A stretch of DNA of 64,000 bases from Epiperipatus broadwayi (taxonomy: Eukaryota > Animalia > Onychophora), in contig JAQFVV010000004.1 of the NCBI GenBank assembly GCA_028023455.1, positions 2,976,001-3,040,000 on the forward strand, in the 5' to 3' direction. The position numbers and the translations under genes are program-made. This document shows, piece by piece, positions 25,107 through 37,823 of this stretch. The notes under the pieces were generated by a model. The model was not told the DNA's origin and made no database searches. It saw only the letters and a list, made by a program, of their open reading frames with translations. How positions within the stretch are numbered: position 1 is the stretch's first letter; each line of letters begins with the position of its first letter.

Positions 25107-26368
25107 ATGGAAAATAGTTTACTGTTTAAGGCTTGAACAGGATCTTTAACAACAAGGGAATATACACATAAATGGAAAAATGTGGGCGATTTCATCTGCA
25201 AATTGTGTAAGGATGGCATAGAAAATATTAGATATATGTTAATTGAATGTAAATGCCTGCAAGCAGAAAGGACACAAATAATGAAGTCATGGAAGAATAA
25301 ATAGAAACAAAATGATTATACAGAATGTGGTTTCTTGGTTTTTATGCTGGGTTAAGAAAAAAATAAGGTAGATTTAAAGGCCATGTAGTTGATAAATATT
25401 ATGTTGTGGAAATGGGATGGAGCAGGAGAGAGAATAATATGGGAATAACTTAGGTCAGGAAATTAGAAAGGAAAGCTAAAGTGATTAACAGGTTTCGCCG
25501 GACATGGTAGCTGAGAGTTTCTTGACTCCAAAAAAGAAGTCACAGTGCATCTCATCTCATGATCATCATCTTTGTTTTAACATTATCTATCACTGGTATG
25601 ATTTTTCAAAACTAAATTTTTACTTTTTTTATTTCATAACATTTTGTGATAAAATTCTCACTATATATAGCATAAGTCTATTATGTCCATTACTTAGAAT
25701 TTGCACCTAAGTAAAGGTGAAATAATTTTTTCCCCAGTTTCCAAGTAGATCTGTAAATGTCTGGTATTGCATTCAGTGACTAATTTAATTATTTGTTCAT
25801 AAACAGGCATCTAGCAAATTTCAATTTTAATGCAAAATAAAGGTGGTTCTTTAATCTACGGTTTTTCAAGTCAAAAATTTTTATTTATAGATGACTTTTT
25901 AAATTTCTTTCATATTTATCGTGGTTCTTTAATACACGGTTTTCAAAGTCAAAAATTTTAGCCAATCATTAAGCTGCAATTGCGTTTGTGTTACATCATA
26001 TTTTATTACATCTGATTGGCTGTACGTTAGCATATTTAAGGCGCAGGTTTTGAAGGTTTAAGCCTTTCACATTATTACATATTTAATATTGTGCAAAAAA
26101 AAATATCTAAAAATGCATCTCGTGCAAATGTTTTATATATATAATAAACTATAAATATAATAAAAAAAACTAGTTATTACACCTCATTATTTTTATAATG
26201 CTAGAGAATTTTTATTTTATTTACAAAACTATTTTTTATATTATTGCTTTATATAAAATAAATAAAATTTACGAATTTATTTACTTTTTGAAGATGAAGT
26301 TGTGAAGGTATAACAATATCTACCTTCGTGGAGATTATGGCTTATTCATTTTTAAAAGCATTATATTA

Positions 26369-26509
<141 letters not shown>

Positions 26510-27585
26510 TTAAATAATCAGTGTCGGTTACAACAATTGGTCCTTAGAGAAAAATTATTCACTTTTTTTTCTTTTTTAAACAGTTTAAAATGTAGAGGTT
26601 AATAAATAATCAATTATGGATAGGATTAAAAATGAATATGACATAACATTAACACAACATTTGCAAAAGTAATATAAACATGTACTTAAATAATGAAAGT
26701 TTTTTTTTTTAAAAAAAGCGTTTTTTATATCATGAATAATTTGCATCTTATTATAAAAAATAAAAGAGATTAATACTTTTTTTTTCCCCCAGTTGAAGAA
26801 CTAATTTTATTTACATAATAAAATAAATTAAATTACTATAGCTTTATATATATAAAAAAAGCAGGAAGAAAACTAAATTATTAAAGATTCAGTTAGTATG
26901 CATGCGCTAAATTTAATCAAAATAAAGAAGTTTTCGTGTAACAGAAGAAAAATCACAATCATATTCAAACATATTTTATTAAAAAATGGGTAAAAACTCT
27001 GATGTCGATTAATTTATTGATAAATGAAAGATGACAATAGCAATGTGTCACCGGAACACATGATTTGATTGTAAATGGCGGAAGGCGGACGCCATTATTC
27101 AACTATTACAAACTGTATATTAATTTGGAAACAAACAAAAAAAAAACCAGTGAAAATAGATTTTTAAAATGTATCATCAATTGTATCAATAATTTATATA
27201 TCTAGCTAAAGAGAATAAATGTAAGTATTAATTTTATTGCTGCTATTGATATTGATAAAAATAATCGATACTCATACAAAATAAGGTTGATAATAATAAT
27301 TTCAAATATTAAACATAATAGTCAAACTTTCACTTCATAAAATAATCGACTAAACATTATATAATCAGCAAATAATGTTTAGAGTAAATAATTGTAAATT
27401 TTCCAATTTTATGGAATAAAATAATCATTTTATAGTTAATAAAATCCAGGAAAATGATTCCATATATTTTGTAGAAATAACTACTATCATGAGTTAGAAG
27501 ATATCAAAGGAATATATTAGAGCTATTATGATTTGTAGCAAATTTGAGAGTTGTAAATCAATTGTAATAAAATTATTGTCTATTT

Positions 27586-27668
27586 GTCACGCGTTGGTGG
27601 TCGATTGGTCAGCACAGCTGCCTTACAAGCAGTTGGGTTCGCTTCCCGGCCGATGCTATGACACATAA
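27586..27668 (+). mobile_element. tRNA-Gly-derived SINE (short form)
   Basis: gtcacGCGTTGGTGGTCGATTGGTCAGCACAGCTGCCTTACAAGCAGTTGGGTTCGCTTCCCGGCCGATGCtatgacacat. 17-bp TSD aaaattattgtctattt at 27569-27585 and 27669-27685. Confidence 0.92.
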
Positions 27669-28234
27669 AAAATTATTGTCTATTTCGTCAAAATAAACCA
27701 AACTATAACCAAATATATATATACGGGTCAACTTCTAGTCTCAAATAATAAAAGCTGAAAATTATAAAAAAGCTCACTAGTAATTAAGTACAAATCAAAA
27801 AGCTTCATAACTTTGCCTTTTAATTTTTTTTTTTTTCAGTTTTCAAATTGCCACAAGACAGTTTAATGCATTGTAATAATACATAGGGAGGATTAATCTT
27901 CTTTAACGAATATGTCTTTGTAATATTTTATCAACAATAAAGTACTTCATATTTCATCAAAATGATTATAACCATAAACAAAAATGCTAATAACGATACT
28001 GTAAAAAAAATCATACTCAAGAAGATTACATATATATAGAGAGAGATAATGCTTTAAAAACTTCTTAATTTTGCAGAAAGTCATGGCTAATCTGAGATAT
28101 ACAAACTGTTTTCTTAAACATTATTATATATATGGGTACATAACTTTGAGCACCACAACTAGCTATGGATTTTTACATTTTAATGTTAAACAATAACTTC
28201 TAAGTAGGCAGTTTGATAATGATATTTGATAATA

Positions 28235-28579
28235 ACCACTAAATATCACATGATCACCATCTCTTATGCTAGCACATATGTTATTAAACAGGCAAAACTC
28301 TCCATATAATAGTGCCACCCTGAGCCAACCAGAGTAATCAATAGATGCCAGAAGGCTTGTGCATAAAATCCCCATCTAGTGCCTACTCATCCAATATCCC
28401 CAGACTAGTTTCTGGCTTATGGCCTTTGTTAATGAGGAGCCTTGGATCTGAGAGAGAAATGTCTGGGGATATTGGATAAGTAGACACTAGATGGGGATTT
28501 TATGCACAAGCCTTCTGGCATCCATTGATTACTCTGGTTGGCACAGGGTGGCACTACTGTATGGAGAATTTTTCCTGTT
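28235..28579. mobile_element. Hammerhead-bearing repeat, locus D (fold-back)
   Basis: Antisense arm to ~28455 with a mutated core; the sense arm restarts at gtc|tggggat, i.e. at the predicted cleavage triplet. 15-bp TSD tgatatttgataata at 28220-28234 and 28580-28594. Confidence 0.93.
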
Positions 28580-29289
28580 TGATATTTGATAATATTGTAT
28601 CAGAGAGTTACTGATAACTCCAAGCTAGTGTTGGTGTAGTTTATGCCTTATGGGTACAATATTGTTTGCACAATAGTTACAAACATTTTGCAAAGACAAC
28701 TACTGAAGATTGTGATTAATTAATGTTAAAAACATTTTTATAATTGTAATTTTTAAGTATTCATATTTCCATTATTTGGAGAGAAAAAATATTTTTTAAT
28801 ATTTTTATATTTGTTTGATAATTTCTAGATTGTAACTAAAAATTAATTAAAAAAGCATGTATTTTCTTACAAAAATATAATAAATGCAAATTTTCAGTGT
28901 TTTAATTTTTTTTTTCCACATTTCAGCGCATACTAATATTGAATCTATCTTTCAGAAACACGCAACTTTCATTGAAATTTTTTGGAATGTGATGTCTATT
29001 AAGACACTCAAATACCAATTTAGAATTATGCTAATACATTCCTATAATAAATTATATTTTAAAATGTAATAAGTTCGACCCCCACCCAAGTTAAAATACT
29101 TTACTAAACCATTATTGTATGAGGACACAAAAATAAATGCAATTTTATAGAAAAAAATTGTTTATTTATCTTTAAGTGTTATAAATTTAATATCATTAAA
29201 ACTACTGTTCATTTAATACAATACACCAGTCTAGATATGTTTTCACTTTTCAAACTAGTCTAGAAACAAAAAGTAAAGCCTTTTAATAC

Positions 29290-29995
29290 CTGCACTGTTT
29301 TTTCCCCCTATCACTTCTAAGTCAGCAAAAAAAAAAAAAAAAATTGAGGCATTTTTTCATTTACAAAAATAAAAAGAAGTCACACAGTTAGAAATTGAGT
29401 AAATATCACTGATAGATAATCTGGATGATGTTGAATTTCATTTAAAATTGTTTCACACTCAAGACTGTGTACAGAGAAATTGTGGTGAAGCTTATTTATA
29501 CTCCTCACTTTGCCACAAAACAGGACATTCACATTTTACCACATCACACAAACATTTCAGAACTTGTACATAAAATCATTAAGAACTAATTTGGAGCCAA
29601 AAATGCCATTTGTATCAATAAAAAAAATAGCAGGATATGGTGAAATTGACAATTTCGTTAAATGATGTATAAACTTATGTTTTCCCCAGAATAACTTTTT
29701 TGTATTTTGTTTCAAGCATTACAAATAGTTTCTGTGCTATTTTACCTAAAAGGAATCAGAATTTCATATTGTTCCAACTTTTCAGCCATTATAAAAAATC
29801 AACAAATACACGAAATACACTTTATTAAAAAATATGCTACATTGACACAATGATTTTACACAGTAACATAATTTCTCAGACTAATGCAAAAATGTCCCCC
29901 CAAGAGGTATATAGCAGCACAGCAGAAACATGTATGACAACATTCACACTTATCAGAGAACAATTTTGGTTACTCTTGCCCCCCCCCCCATAAAA
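29290..29995 (-). mobile_element. Degenerate mariner transposon relic, copy 1
   Basis: Minus-strand remnant LCDFFLFL*MKKCL (cf. PYSPDLAPCDFFLFPKMK of mariner transposases) near 29345-29410. Collinear with 42080-42815. Confidence 0.7.
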
Positions 29996-32184
29996 GTCAG
30001 AGATTCTCTAACATGGTACGTGTTAGTAAGCAGTGTTTACAAAAACTATTTTATCTACATATATTTTAATATTATCACTGATTTAGAAAGAACATCTAAT
30101 ACAGAGAACAATTTTATAATGAAGTGTAAATTTTTATATCAATTGCTTAAGATAATATTTGCTTGTGTTGTTAGATTTTTCTGTATATCTTGTAAATCAT
30201 TCCTTCTTCATTATGAAATATTATTAACTTATCCATCTTTATTAATAAAATTATAAAAAAAAATCCACCATTCTTATTACTGTTATAATGTTTACTTTAT
30301 TAAAATTAATCAATCTTACAGTTTCAGTTAGCCAAAAATATTTTCAGAGCTATAAGATATAAAATACATGAACACACAAATAATTTACCAATTAATAAGA
30401 TATAAAAAATGAGTTAATTTAAAAGAAGATATAATATTAAGTTGTTTGTTTAAACGATAAAATAATTGAGTATTCATGTATTTACATATATCTTATAATT
30501 CTGAAGATTTCTTTCTGGTCAATCAAAACTGCAAGATTGATTAATTTTAATAAAATAAGCATTGTAATAAAATAAGAAAGGTGGTTTGTTTAATTTCTTC
30601 TTAATAATTATAAAAAGTACAAAGAAAGCAAAATAACCATAATTTATAAAATAATATTTTTCATGAGATTTTTACCCGAAAACATTTTGCTATTCTAATA
30701 AAAAAAGGGTAGACCAATTTCACTTGAGGAACAGGGAGTCATGAATCTCCAAATCAACAATTAAAATGTTATTTACCTTTTTAAAAATCTTCAAAATATC
30801 CTAAACAAAGCTTAGAATTTTACTGAAATCTATAAAATATTGGGTAAATAATATTTCTTATATATTATATAGTAAAAATAACTTATTTACAAACAATATT
30901 TTAAAAATAAACAATATCAAGAAGCCAGATGGCACTGCCTTCGGATTTCTATGAGCAGCTTCTGGATTTCACATTAAGAAATCCCATAACTATTTATGCT
31001 AAAATAATGACAAAATTTATTTTGAAAATAAATTGGGGTATAAGATTTCAAATTCCTCATGCTTTATGAAAGCTTAAAATGGGAGAATATATCATTTGAA
31101 GTTTTGAAATGAGGGATGAAAAGATTTATTGAAGAAATTAAGAAATCAAAAGAAAAAAATTGAATTATTACCACCTGTAAAGAAATTATAAAAATTATTT
31201 TGGTGGATTAAACAATCAATTAATTTGCAATAGAATATTGAAAAACTAAACTTTATATGTAATTATATAAAGATAAAACAGTCTTTAAGTAATCCATCAC
31301 AGAGCAAAATTCCAACAAACAGAAACACAATTTTATATTATTTCAAGTAAACTGATTGGTCTAGGAAGATGAGAAACATTTACCTGATAATATCAAATAT
31401 GATTATTAATTTAAAAAAAAAAAAAAGACAATAATAGTAAGTTAATATATAAGATCTTAATAAAAATGATCTCTTTACTTATTTATTTTTATCATTTTGT
31501 TTTTTTAGGTAACTGACTCCATGCTATTCTTCAACAAACCAGTTTTATTTTAGTAGTTTAAAGTGAAACAATCAATTATTTGAAATAAGACTCGATCATA
31601 AATTTTAGAATAGTTCATTCTGATTTGAATCCCCTCAATTTTATTTTTTTATTTACACTCCGCTGTTCAACTCATTCATTTATAGAATAAAACTTTTTGA
31701 ATGCTTACTGAAATAAAAATGTCAAAGGAGAAATTGTTACTTCTACATTAAATAAAAGTAATAAAAAATAACGCGCGCGCGCACACTCTCTCTCTATATA
31801 TATATATACACGTACAGAATTACCCTAGTATTCATATATAGATAGATAGACAGCTAAAAAATAAATAAATCAATTTTAAATAAGTAATTATTGAACAAAT
31901 ATTTCATCAGCATTTCAGTAAAGAAAAAAATGAAGACAAGGTAAAACAAAAATACTGTTCATTTTTTTGTTGGAGAGAGTTAATTTTTTTTTTTCCTATT
32001 CTAACTAAGAAAATTTAAATAATTGTATGAATAATACTACAAAAATTTTCAAGTTCATTTGTTTTTAGAAACACTAGTTATAGGTATGGCAGGGGAGTTC
32101 CCTTATCCTCTTTTAAATCCAGATATTTGCGTTTATATATATATACATGCACGGGTATAATTCAAATGTACAATAAAACTACAA

Positions 32185-32740
32185 AACAGAGACAACATTT
32201 TTCAAACAGCAGTGCTACCCAGTGCAAGCCAGAGTAATCAATGAATGCAATGAAGATTTGTGCATACAATTCCTATCTAGTACCTTCTCGACCAATATCT
32301 CCAGACTAGTTTCTAACTTGTGGTTTTCATCAGTGAGAAATTTTGGATCTGAGAGCACTGCACTCGGATCTTGGGATCTAATGCACCTCTCAGTCAGCAG
32401 TTACCGTTACATTTTTAGTTAACCATAAAACTACGAGTACCAAAATAAAAACACAATAATGTTTTCAATTCAATCTCATTTGCTAGTATAGTCATATAGA
32501 TCTAAACACAGTCCAGTATCTATACATTTTAGTGTCCTTGGTTCTTTAATAATCACAGTCACTGGCATTCCATGGGCAGGACTAGTATTCAAACAACTAA
32601 ACATCACACAATCACTTTCCTGCACTTACACAAGCTGTTCAAACAAAGACAAAATGTACTTTATAGAGAGTTTTGTCTCTGTTTTTAACAGCTTGTATAA
32701 GCACAGAAAATAATGATCATGATATGTTTAGAGGTTTTGA
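32185..32740. mobile_element. Hammerhead-bearing repeat, locus E (older; antisense full monomer + short sense arm)
   Basis: Antisense arm 32185-32658 (period ~457), sense arm ~32665-32740. 16-bp TSD tacaataaaactacaa at 32169-32184 and 32741-32756. Minus-strand core CTGATGA-aAACcacaaGTTa-GAAA-ctag-TC at ~32300-32335. Confidence 0.9.
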
Positions 32741-33696
32741 TACAATAAAACTACAATAAAGTAATATGAATAAATAAATTTAAAATCGTTATGCATATGA
32801 AATAAAATTTAATTCAGGTTTTGAAGATTGTTTGCTAAACAAATTAAATAAAAAAAGATTATGGAACTATTGGGGTGAGGGGAGGCAATCAAATTATGAA
32901 CAAATTTATAATTTTACTTAAAAATGAGTGACTTTTATATATGGTATTAACTTCTGCATATATGGAAAGGTTAAAAAAAAAAAAAAATTTATAACCTAAG
33001 TAAAACCTGGAATTTCTTTTTAGATAGCTGAAGATTTCCAAACTGGTACCTATGGTCATTCTATTTACCATACACAACTATAAAAATTTCATTTACCAGA
33101 AGTTGAATAACCTGATTATTTTCTGGTTCATCATTCTTTTGAAAATAAATGCTAGAAAGACTTTTGATAGACAGTAAACTTGTTCTGGTTATTGTATCTT
33201 TATTAACTACACACAGTATCAAAGCTAGTGTAGCCAAAAAAAAAAAAAGTCATTTTGACTTTCCCTAGTCTTGTAACATATCTATTTTAAAAAAAATGTT
33301 AGTCTGGAAGAAGAGAAAAGCAGAGAGGTGAAACTGTGTGTTTGTAATATATATATATACCAGAGTAATTAGACTATAAAGTACAGTACAGCAATCACGT
33401 GACATCACATTATCATCACCAACAGTAGTCTGTCATTCTCAGCTACTACATTAAGTATAATTAAACCCTTGCAATGAAATTTAATGTTATGTCAAAGAAT
33501 AATACAAAACCCTTACAGATCCTAGCCGAACTCTATCATTTCCAAAGCTCGAATTTTTTATAAACTTTCCAGCAATAAGCCATTCGATTATTATTATTTA
33601 ATATAACAACTACATGTTAGAAACGTTATATTACTCTTTCCACTCTTCGTCACATATCATTGGAGTTAGAGAATTAATGGATAAACTAATATAATT

Positions 33697-33796
33697 TTTT
33701 TTCTCGTGTGTCATAGCATCAGCCGGAAAGCGAACCCGCTAACCCAGGACACTGCTTGTAAAGCAGCTGTCGCTGACCTCTCGACCACCAATGCTT
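33697..33796 (-). mobile_element. tRNA-Gly-derived SINE
   Basis: Minus strand reads GCATTGGTGGTCGAGAGGTCAGC...GGGTTCGCTTTCCGGCTGATGCTATGACAC plus an A-tail. Candidate 8-bp TSD atataatt. Confidence 0.88.
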
Positions 33797-35611
33797 ATAT
33801 AATTAAAATTTATTTTTACATATATAACAGTTTTTTTAATTTATTAAATTTACGCATATTATTATTTTTTTAAATCTTATTTTGTTAATATTTCCTTTTT
33901 AGCAAATTATTTGCTTCCCTCTTTTAATACATAAAAAAAAAGTAGCAATTCAGCACTATTATATGGCTGCAATATCTTCAGAAATATTAACTTTTAATAT
34001 TCCGATAATGATACGTGAATAGAGCAAAACTAAAGTACTCACGTCTCTCAGTGATGGTATTATTGCTAAGACTTCGTACCAGGCACTTTCCAAAGTAATT
34101 TGTAATTATATTAATTTTTCTTTTTCTTGTCTTTCCGTTTTTTTTTTTTTTTTGTAAATACAAAAATTAGTTTTCATTTCATTATGCTTGATGGATATAA
34201 GAGCAAAATGAAATGAACAATCAGAAACAACTTTAAAAATAATTGTTTTGTTTTCAATTTGTCAAACAAAATAGAAATTAATTCTTATTTTAAATTATTT
34301 AAAAAAATAAAAAAAAAAGCAAAGAAAAACAGACACAAAAAATATTTAACAACTGCGATATTAAATGATTTTTTTTTTCTTTTCATATTGCAGATATTAA
34401 CACACATATGCCATAGATCCACATTCAGGCAGATACAAGTTATATTATAAAAAAAAAATAATTAAAACGACAAAGCAAATAAATCTAATAAAATACCACG
34501 CTGCAGTCCCCTCCAACATCTCCTCATAGAGAAAGGGTAAAGGAGACAAGTGCATTTCTGTATTTTGACAATTGGTGAAGAGATGGGGGATTTGAACAAT
34601 TTCTAGCTTTGTTTTATTTATTACCTAAGGAAAGATACCCATTTGCTGACTAATGATGGATAGTGATTTGAATAACCAATAAATAGAAAAGATTGAAAAA
34701 AATATTAGATGAGATAAAAGGCTAAAAGCTTAAAGATATAATTACTAAGATTTCAAGTAAACTAACTATTAAAGAACATGAAAAGGTTTTTTAAGAATTA
34801 TTAAATGTGAAATGTAATTTGCATGTGGTTGATTGACCCTTGATTTATTTTTTAAAAAGTGCGTATTATTTATTTTTGAAGTTGTGTTGAATAATTAGAC
34901 TTCTATAAAATTATGGTTTTGCAACTAGTGGGTAATATGGGTTTTGCAAACACAAGATCATAAATAGGTCTAACTTTTTTATATATTGTCATTTACCATT
35001 ATTAATCCTGAGTTTCATATTTCTTTTTTTAATAAGGACGATCTATATTACTTTTACTGTCGTAAATTTTTGTTATTATATTATATTTTATTTATTTGTA
35101 ATCTTCTTGTTTGACATATATAATGATCATAAGTTATTATTAAAAGCTAAACATTATTTCAAATGAGTGTAATCATAAACTATTATAGTATCATGAATAA
35201 TAAGATAAATTAAATTATAGTATAAGAGTTGATATATTAGTGATAAAAAGCCAAGTAAATTTCCTAAAAATTCTGGCTTCTATGATAGGCTAGATTAAAT
35301 CTATTTGAATCACAACTTGCCAATGTTATTATATTGAAAACATTTTGAAGTTATAAAAAAAAATTGTCATTCAACTTAAAAATATATGATTATAGATGTT
35401 TTCCTGAAAGTTTATGATGATGATATGTTAGATATATTTATATATAAATGTCTTAGAAAAAATGTAATTTTATTTAAATTTTCCAATTATATTCATCTGT
35501 AGAGACTAAGATAACAGTGAACTGGCTACATATTGATATTACTTGTAGCGGATAAAGTAAAATGATATGAAATGCAAGTTATAAATCATACTGATTATTA
35601 TATTATTGTCA

Positions 35612-35809
35612 TACAATATAACAATTCATTAATTACTAAAACAGAGAATCATTAATATAAATAAAATAACTATTGTCAAGCGCTTTTAACTCCTATGAAT
35701 TGAAATTGCTTGGCAATAGTTATTTTATGAGTTGAAAGCACTTGGCAATAGTTATTTTATTTATATTAAGGATTCTCTGTTTTAGCAATTGACGGATTGT
35801 TATATTGTA
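35612..35809. repeat. Fold-back (MITE-like), ~80-bp arms
   Basis: 35612-35692 is the reverse complement of 35729-35809. The spacer is a direct copy of the first ~33 nt of the right arm. Confidence 0.85.
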
Positions 35810-36323
35810 TTTTATAAGTTGTATTAACAGAGATATTATATTGATTTATATTACTGTCAGGAAGAATACCATAAAAACTCTCATTAGAGACAGTTTTAAT
35901 AAAGTTAAATAGTATCAATTTGATTTTGGGGAAACCCATTCAACATTACTATAAACAAGTCTAAATCTTCAAACTATTCATGTAAGAGAAAAAGAAATTG
36001 AAAAAATGTGTGCCTGGGGTGTATAACATGCCAAAATATCAATCAAGTTATAGCCCTTATGAATGATGGCTCTACCATCAAAATTCAAAGAGATATGAAT
36101 TTGGAAACAAAATAGATGAATGTCTAATAAACCTTAGTAAATTCAATGTTTTTTATTGCAATATATTTTTAAATAGATGAAAACTGACTATACACATGAA
36201 TATCACACTATAAAGTTTGGTTAGTATAGATATTTACATAATTTGAAAAAAAAAATCCAATTATATTTCTGTATTAAAGGGAAAAAAACGTATTACACTA
36301 AGAAAACAGATATTCAAGTTGTT

Positions 36324-36555
36324 AAACAAGGCAAAACTCTCCATACAGTAGTGCCACCCTGTGCCAAACAGAGTAATCAATGGATGCCAGAAGGCTTGTG
36401 CATAAAATCCCTATCTAATGCCTACTCATCCAATATCCCCAGACTAGTTTCTGGCATCCATTGATTACTCTGTTTGGCACAGGGTGGCACTACTGTATGG
36501 AGAGTTTTGCATTGTTTAATAACGATTATGTGCTAGTATGAGATAGTGATCATGT
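36324..36555. mobile_element. Hammerhead-bearing repeat, locus F (fold-back, ribozyme truncated)
   Basis: Antisense arm ends ccccagactagtTTCTGGC and switches to sense TTCTGGCatccattg. 15-bp TSD gatattcaagttgtt at 36309-36323 and 36556-36570. Confidence 0.93.
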
Positions 36556-37030
36556 GATATTCAAGTTGTTTTCGAGAAAAATAATAAAAAATGAAAATAC
36601 ATTTGCTCTTTTATATAAAATAAATGAGAAAAATCTGGAAATATCAACCAAAAAATATACTATATATACATGTTATATTGATTACAAGTACCTTTTAATC
36701 AGTAGCCCATACTGAATTATGGAATGTTCTTAGAAAAATAGATGTATCAAAAAATTGTAATCTTATTATAAGAAAAACTATATTGGACAAAAAGCCATAA
36801 TTTAAAATAGGCTATAAAAAGAGATTGGTTTTATATGAATAAAAATATATGTACAACAATACACTGTCTGCTAATCTATTCAATTTGTATACTAAATATA
36901 TGATAAAAATATTTTGTTAATCTTCACTGATATAAAAATAAGAATAAAAAGCAGCAATACTGCCAAAAAACAAAATTTTGCAAAAAAAAAATTCCATGAT
37001 CTAGACTTTATCCTTTAACAAATAGTTACA

Positions 37031-37218
37031 AACAAAATAGCCTTCCCATTATTCACCTCAAAAACCAACTTCTTTTAACATCAAAGAAAGTCTTCATGAG
37101 ACTTATGGCCTCAAATTTAAGAAAATTTATCATTTGAAGCCATCAATCTTATGAAGATATTGTTGATGTTAAAGAAAGTTGTTTTTTTTTAGGTGAATGT
37201 TGGGATGGCTATTTTGTT
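37031..37218. repeat. Diverged fold-back / MITE-like palindrome
   Basis: aacaaaatagcc..ttcacct..ttaacatcaa..gtcttcat..atggcctcaaat is mirrored by atttgaagccat..atgaagat..ttgatgttaa..aggtgaa..ggctattttgtt. Confidence 0.8.
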
Positions 37219-37717
37219 TTGTGTGTGTGTATGTATATATATGTATCTTGTTGAATTTCACGTGAAATCATCTCTTTGTTAATGGATCAAACCATTATTC
37301 TGGAAGAATTTTGCTAAAATTTTGTTTTTTGTCTATTATGATAATATCATCTGATTTTCTATTTTATTTATGATTAGTAGTATAGTGAAAGGCAGCATTA
37401 AATATAAATAGAATTATTATACATAAAAAGCCTTTTTCAACATGATTTTATGCTCTTATAAAATGTTAAACATCTATTTTAATATTAACTTATTTATTAT
37501 TGCAGATAACAACAACAATAAATAAATAAAACAAAAAAAAATGACCTGAAAAATCTCCATTATTTAATATTTAATAAAGGATGAAATACATTAACTATAT
37601 AACATAACTACAGCAAACAGGCAAAAACTCTCCATATAGTAGTGCCACCTTGTGCCAACCAGAGTAATCAATGAACGCCAGAAGGCTTGTGCATAAAATC
37701 CCTATCTAGTACCTACT

Positions 37718-37767
37718 CATCCAATATCCCCAGACTAGTTTCTGGCTTGTGACCTTCATCAGTGAGA
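37718..37767 (-). ncRNA. Minimal type-I hammerhead motif (minus strand, core intact, stem I shortened)
   Basis: Reverse complement reads ctca-CTGATGA-aGGTcacaaGCCa-GAAA-CTAG-TC^-tggggatattggat. Confidence 0.78.
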
Positions 37768-37768
37768 T

Positions 37769-37823
37769 AAGGCTCCTCACTGATGAAGGCCACAAGCCAG
37801 AAACTAGTCTGGGGATATTGGAT
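37769..37823 (+). ncRNA. Minimal type-I hammerhead motif (core intact)
   Basis: ggc-TCCTCA-CTGATGA-aGGCcacaaGCCa-GAAA-CTAG-TC^(37809)-TGGGGA-tattggat. Confidence 0.87.

Larger units (their letters stand above)
23595..25490 (+). mobile_element. Degenerate LINE ORF2 3' region, split by hammerhead-repeat locus C
   Basis: Translates as YLEKGQREVGRHAL...NEAIQGEMGWSSF (23690-23790), recalling non-LTR ORF2 sequences I associate with ticks. After the insertion it reads ICKLCKDGIENIRYMLIEC, a decayed CCHC zinc knuckle (~25195-25255). Stops and frameshifts are present. Confidence 0.75.

Noticed and set aside
26290-26345. Extra mini-exon just downstream of the collier exon
   Set aside because: The acceptors are weak and the options either give an immediate stop or do not match the next COE segment (VVxST...).
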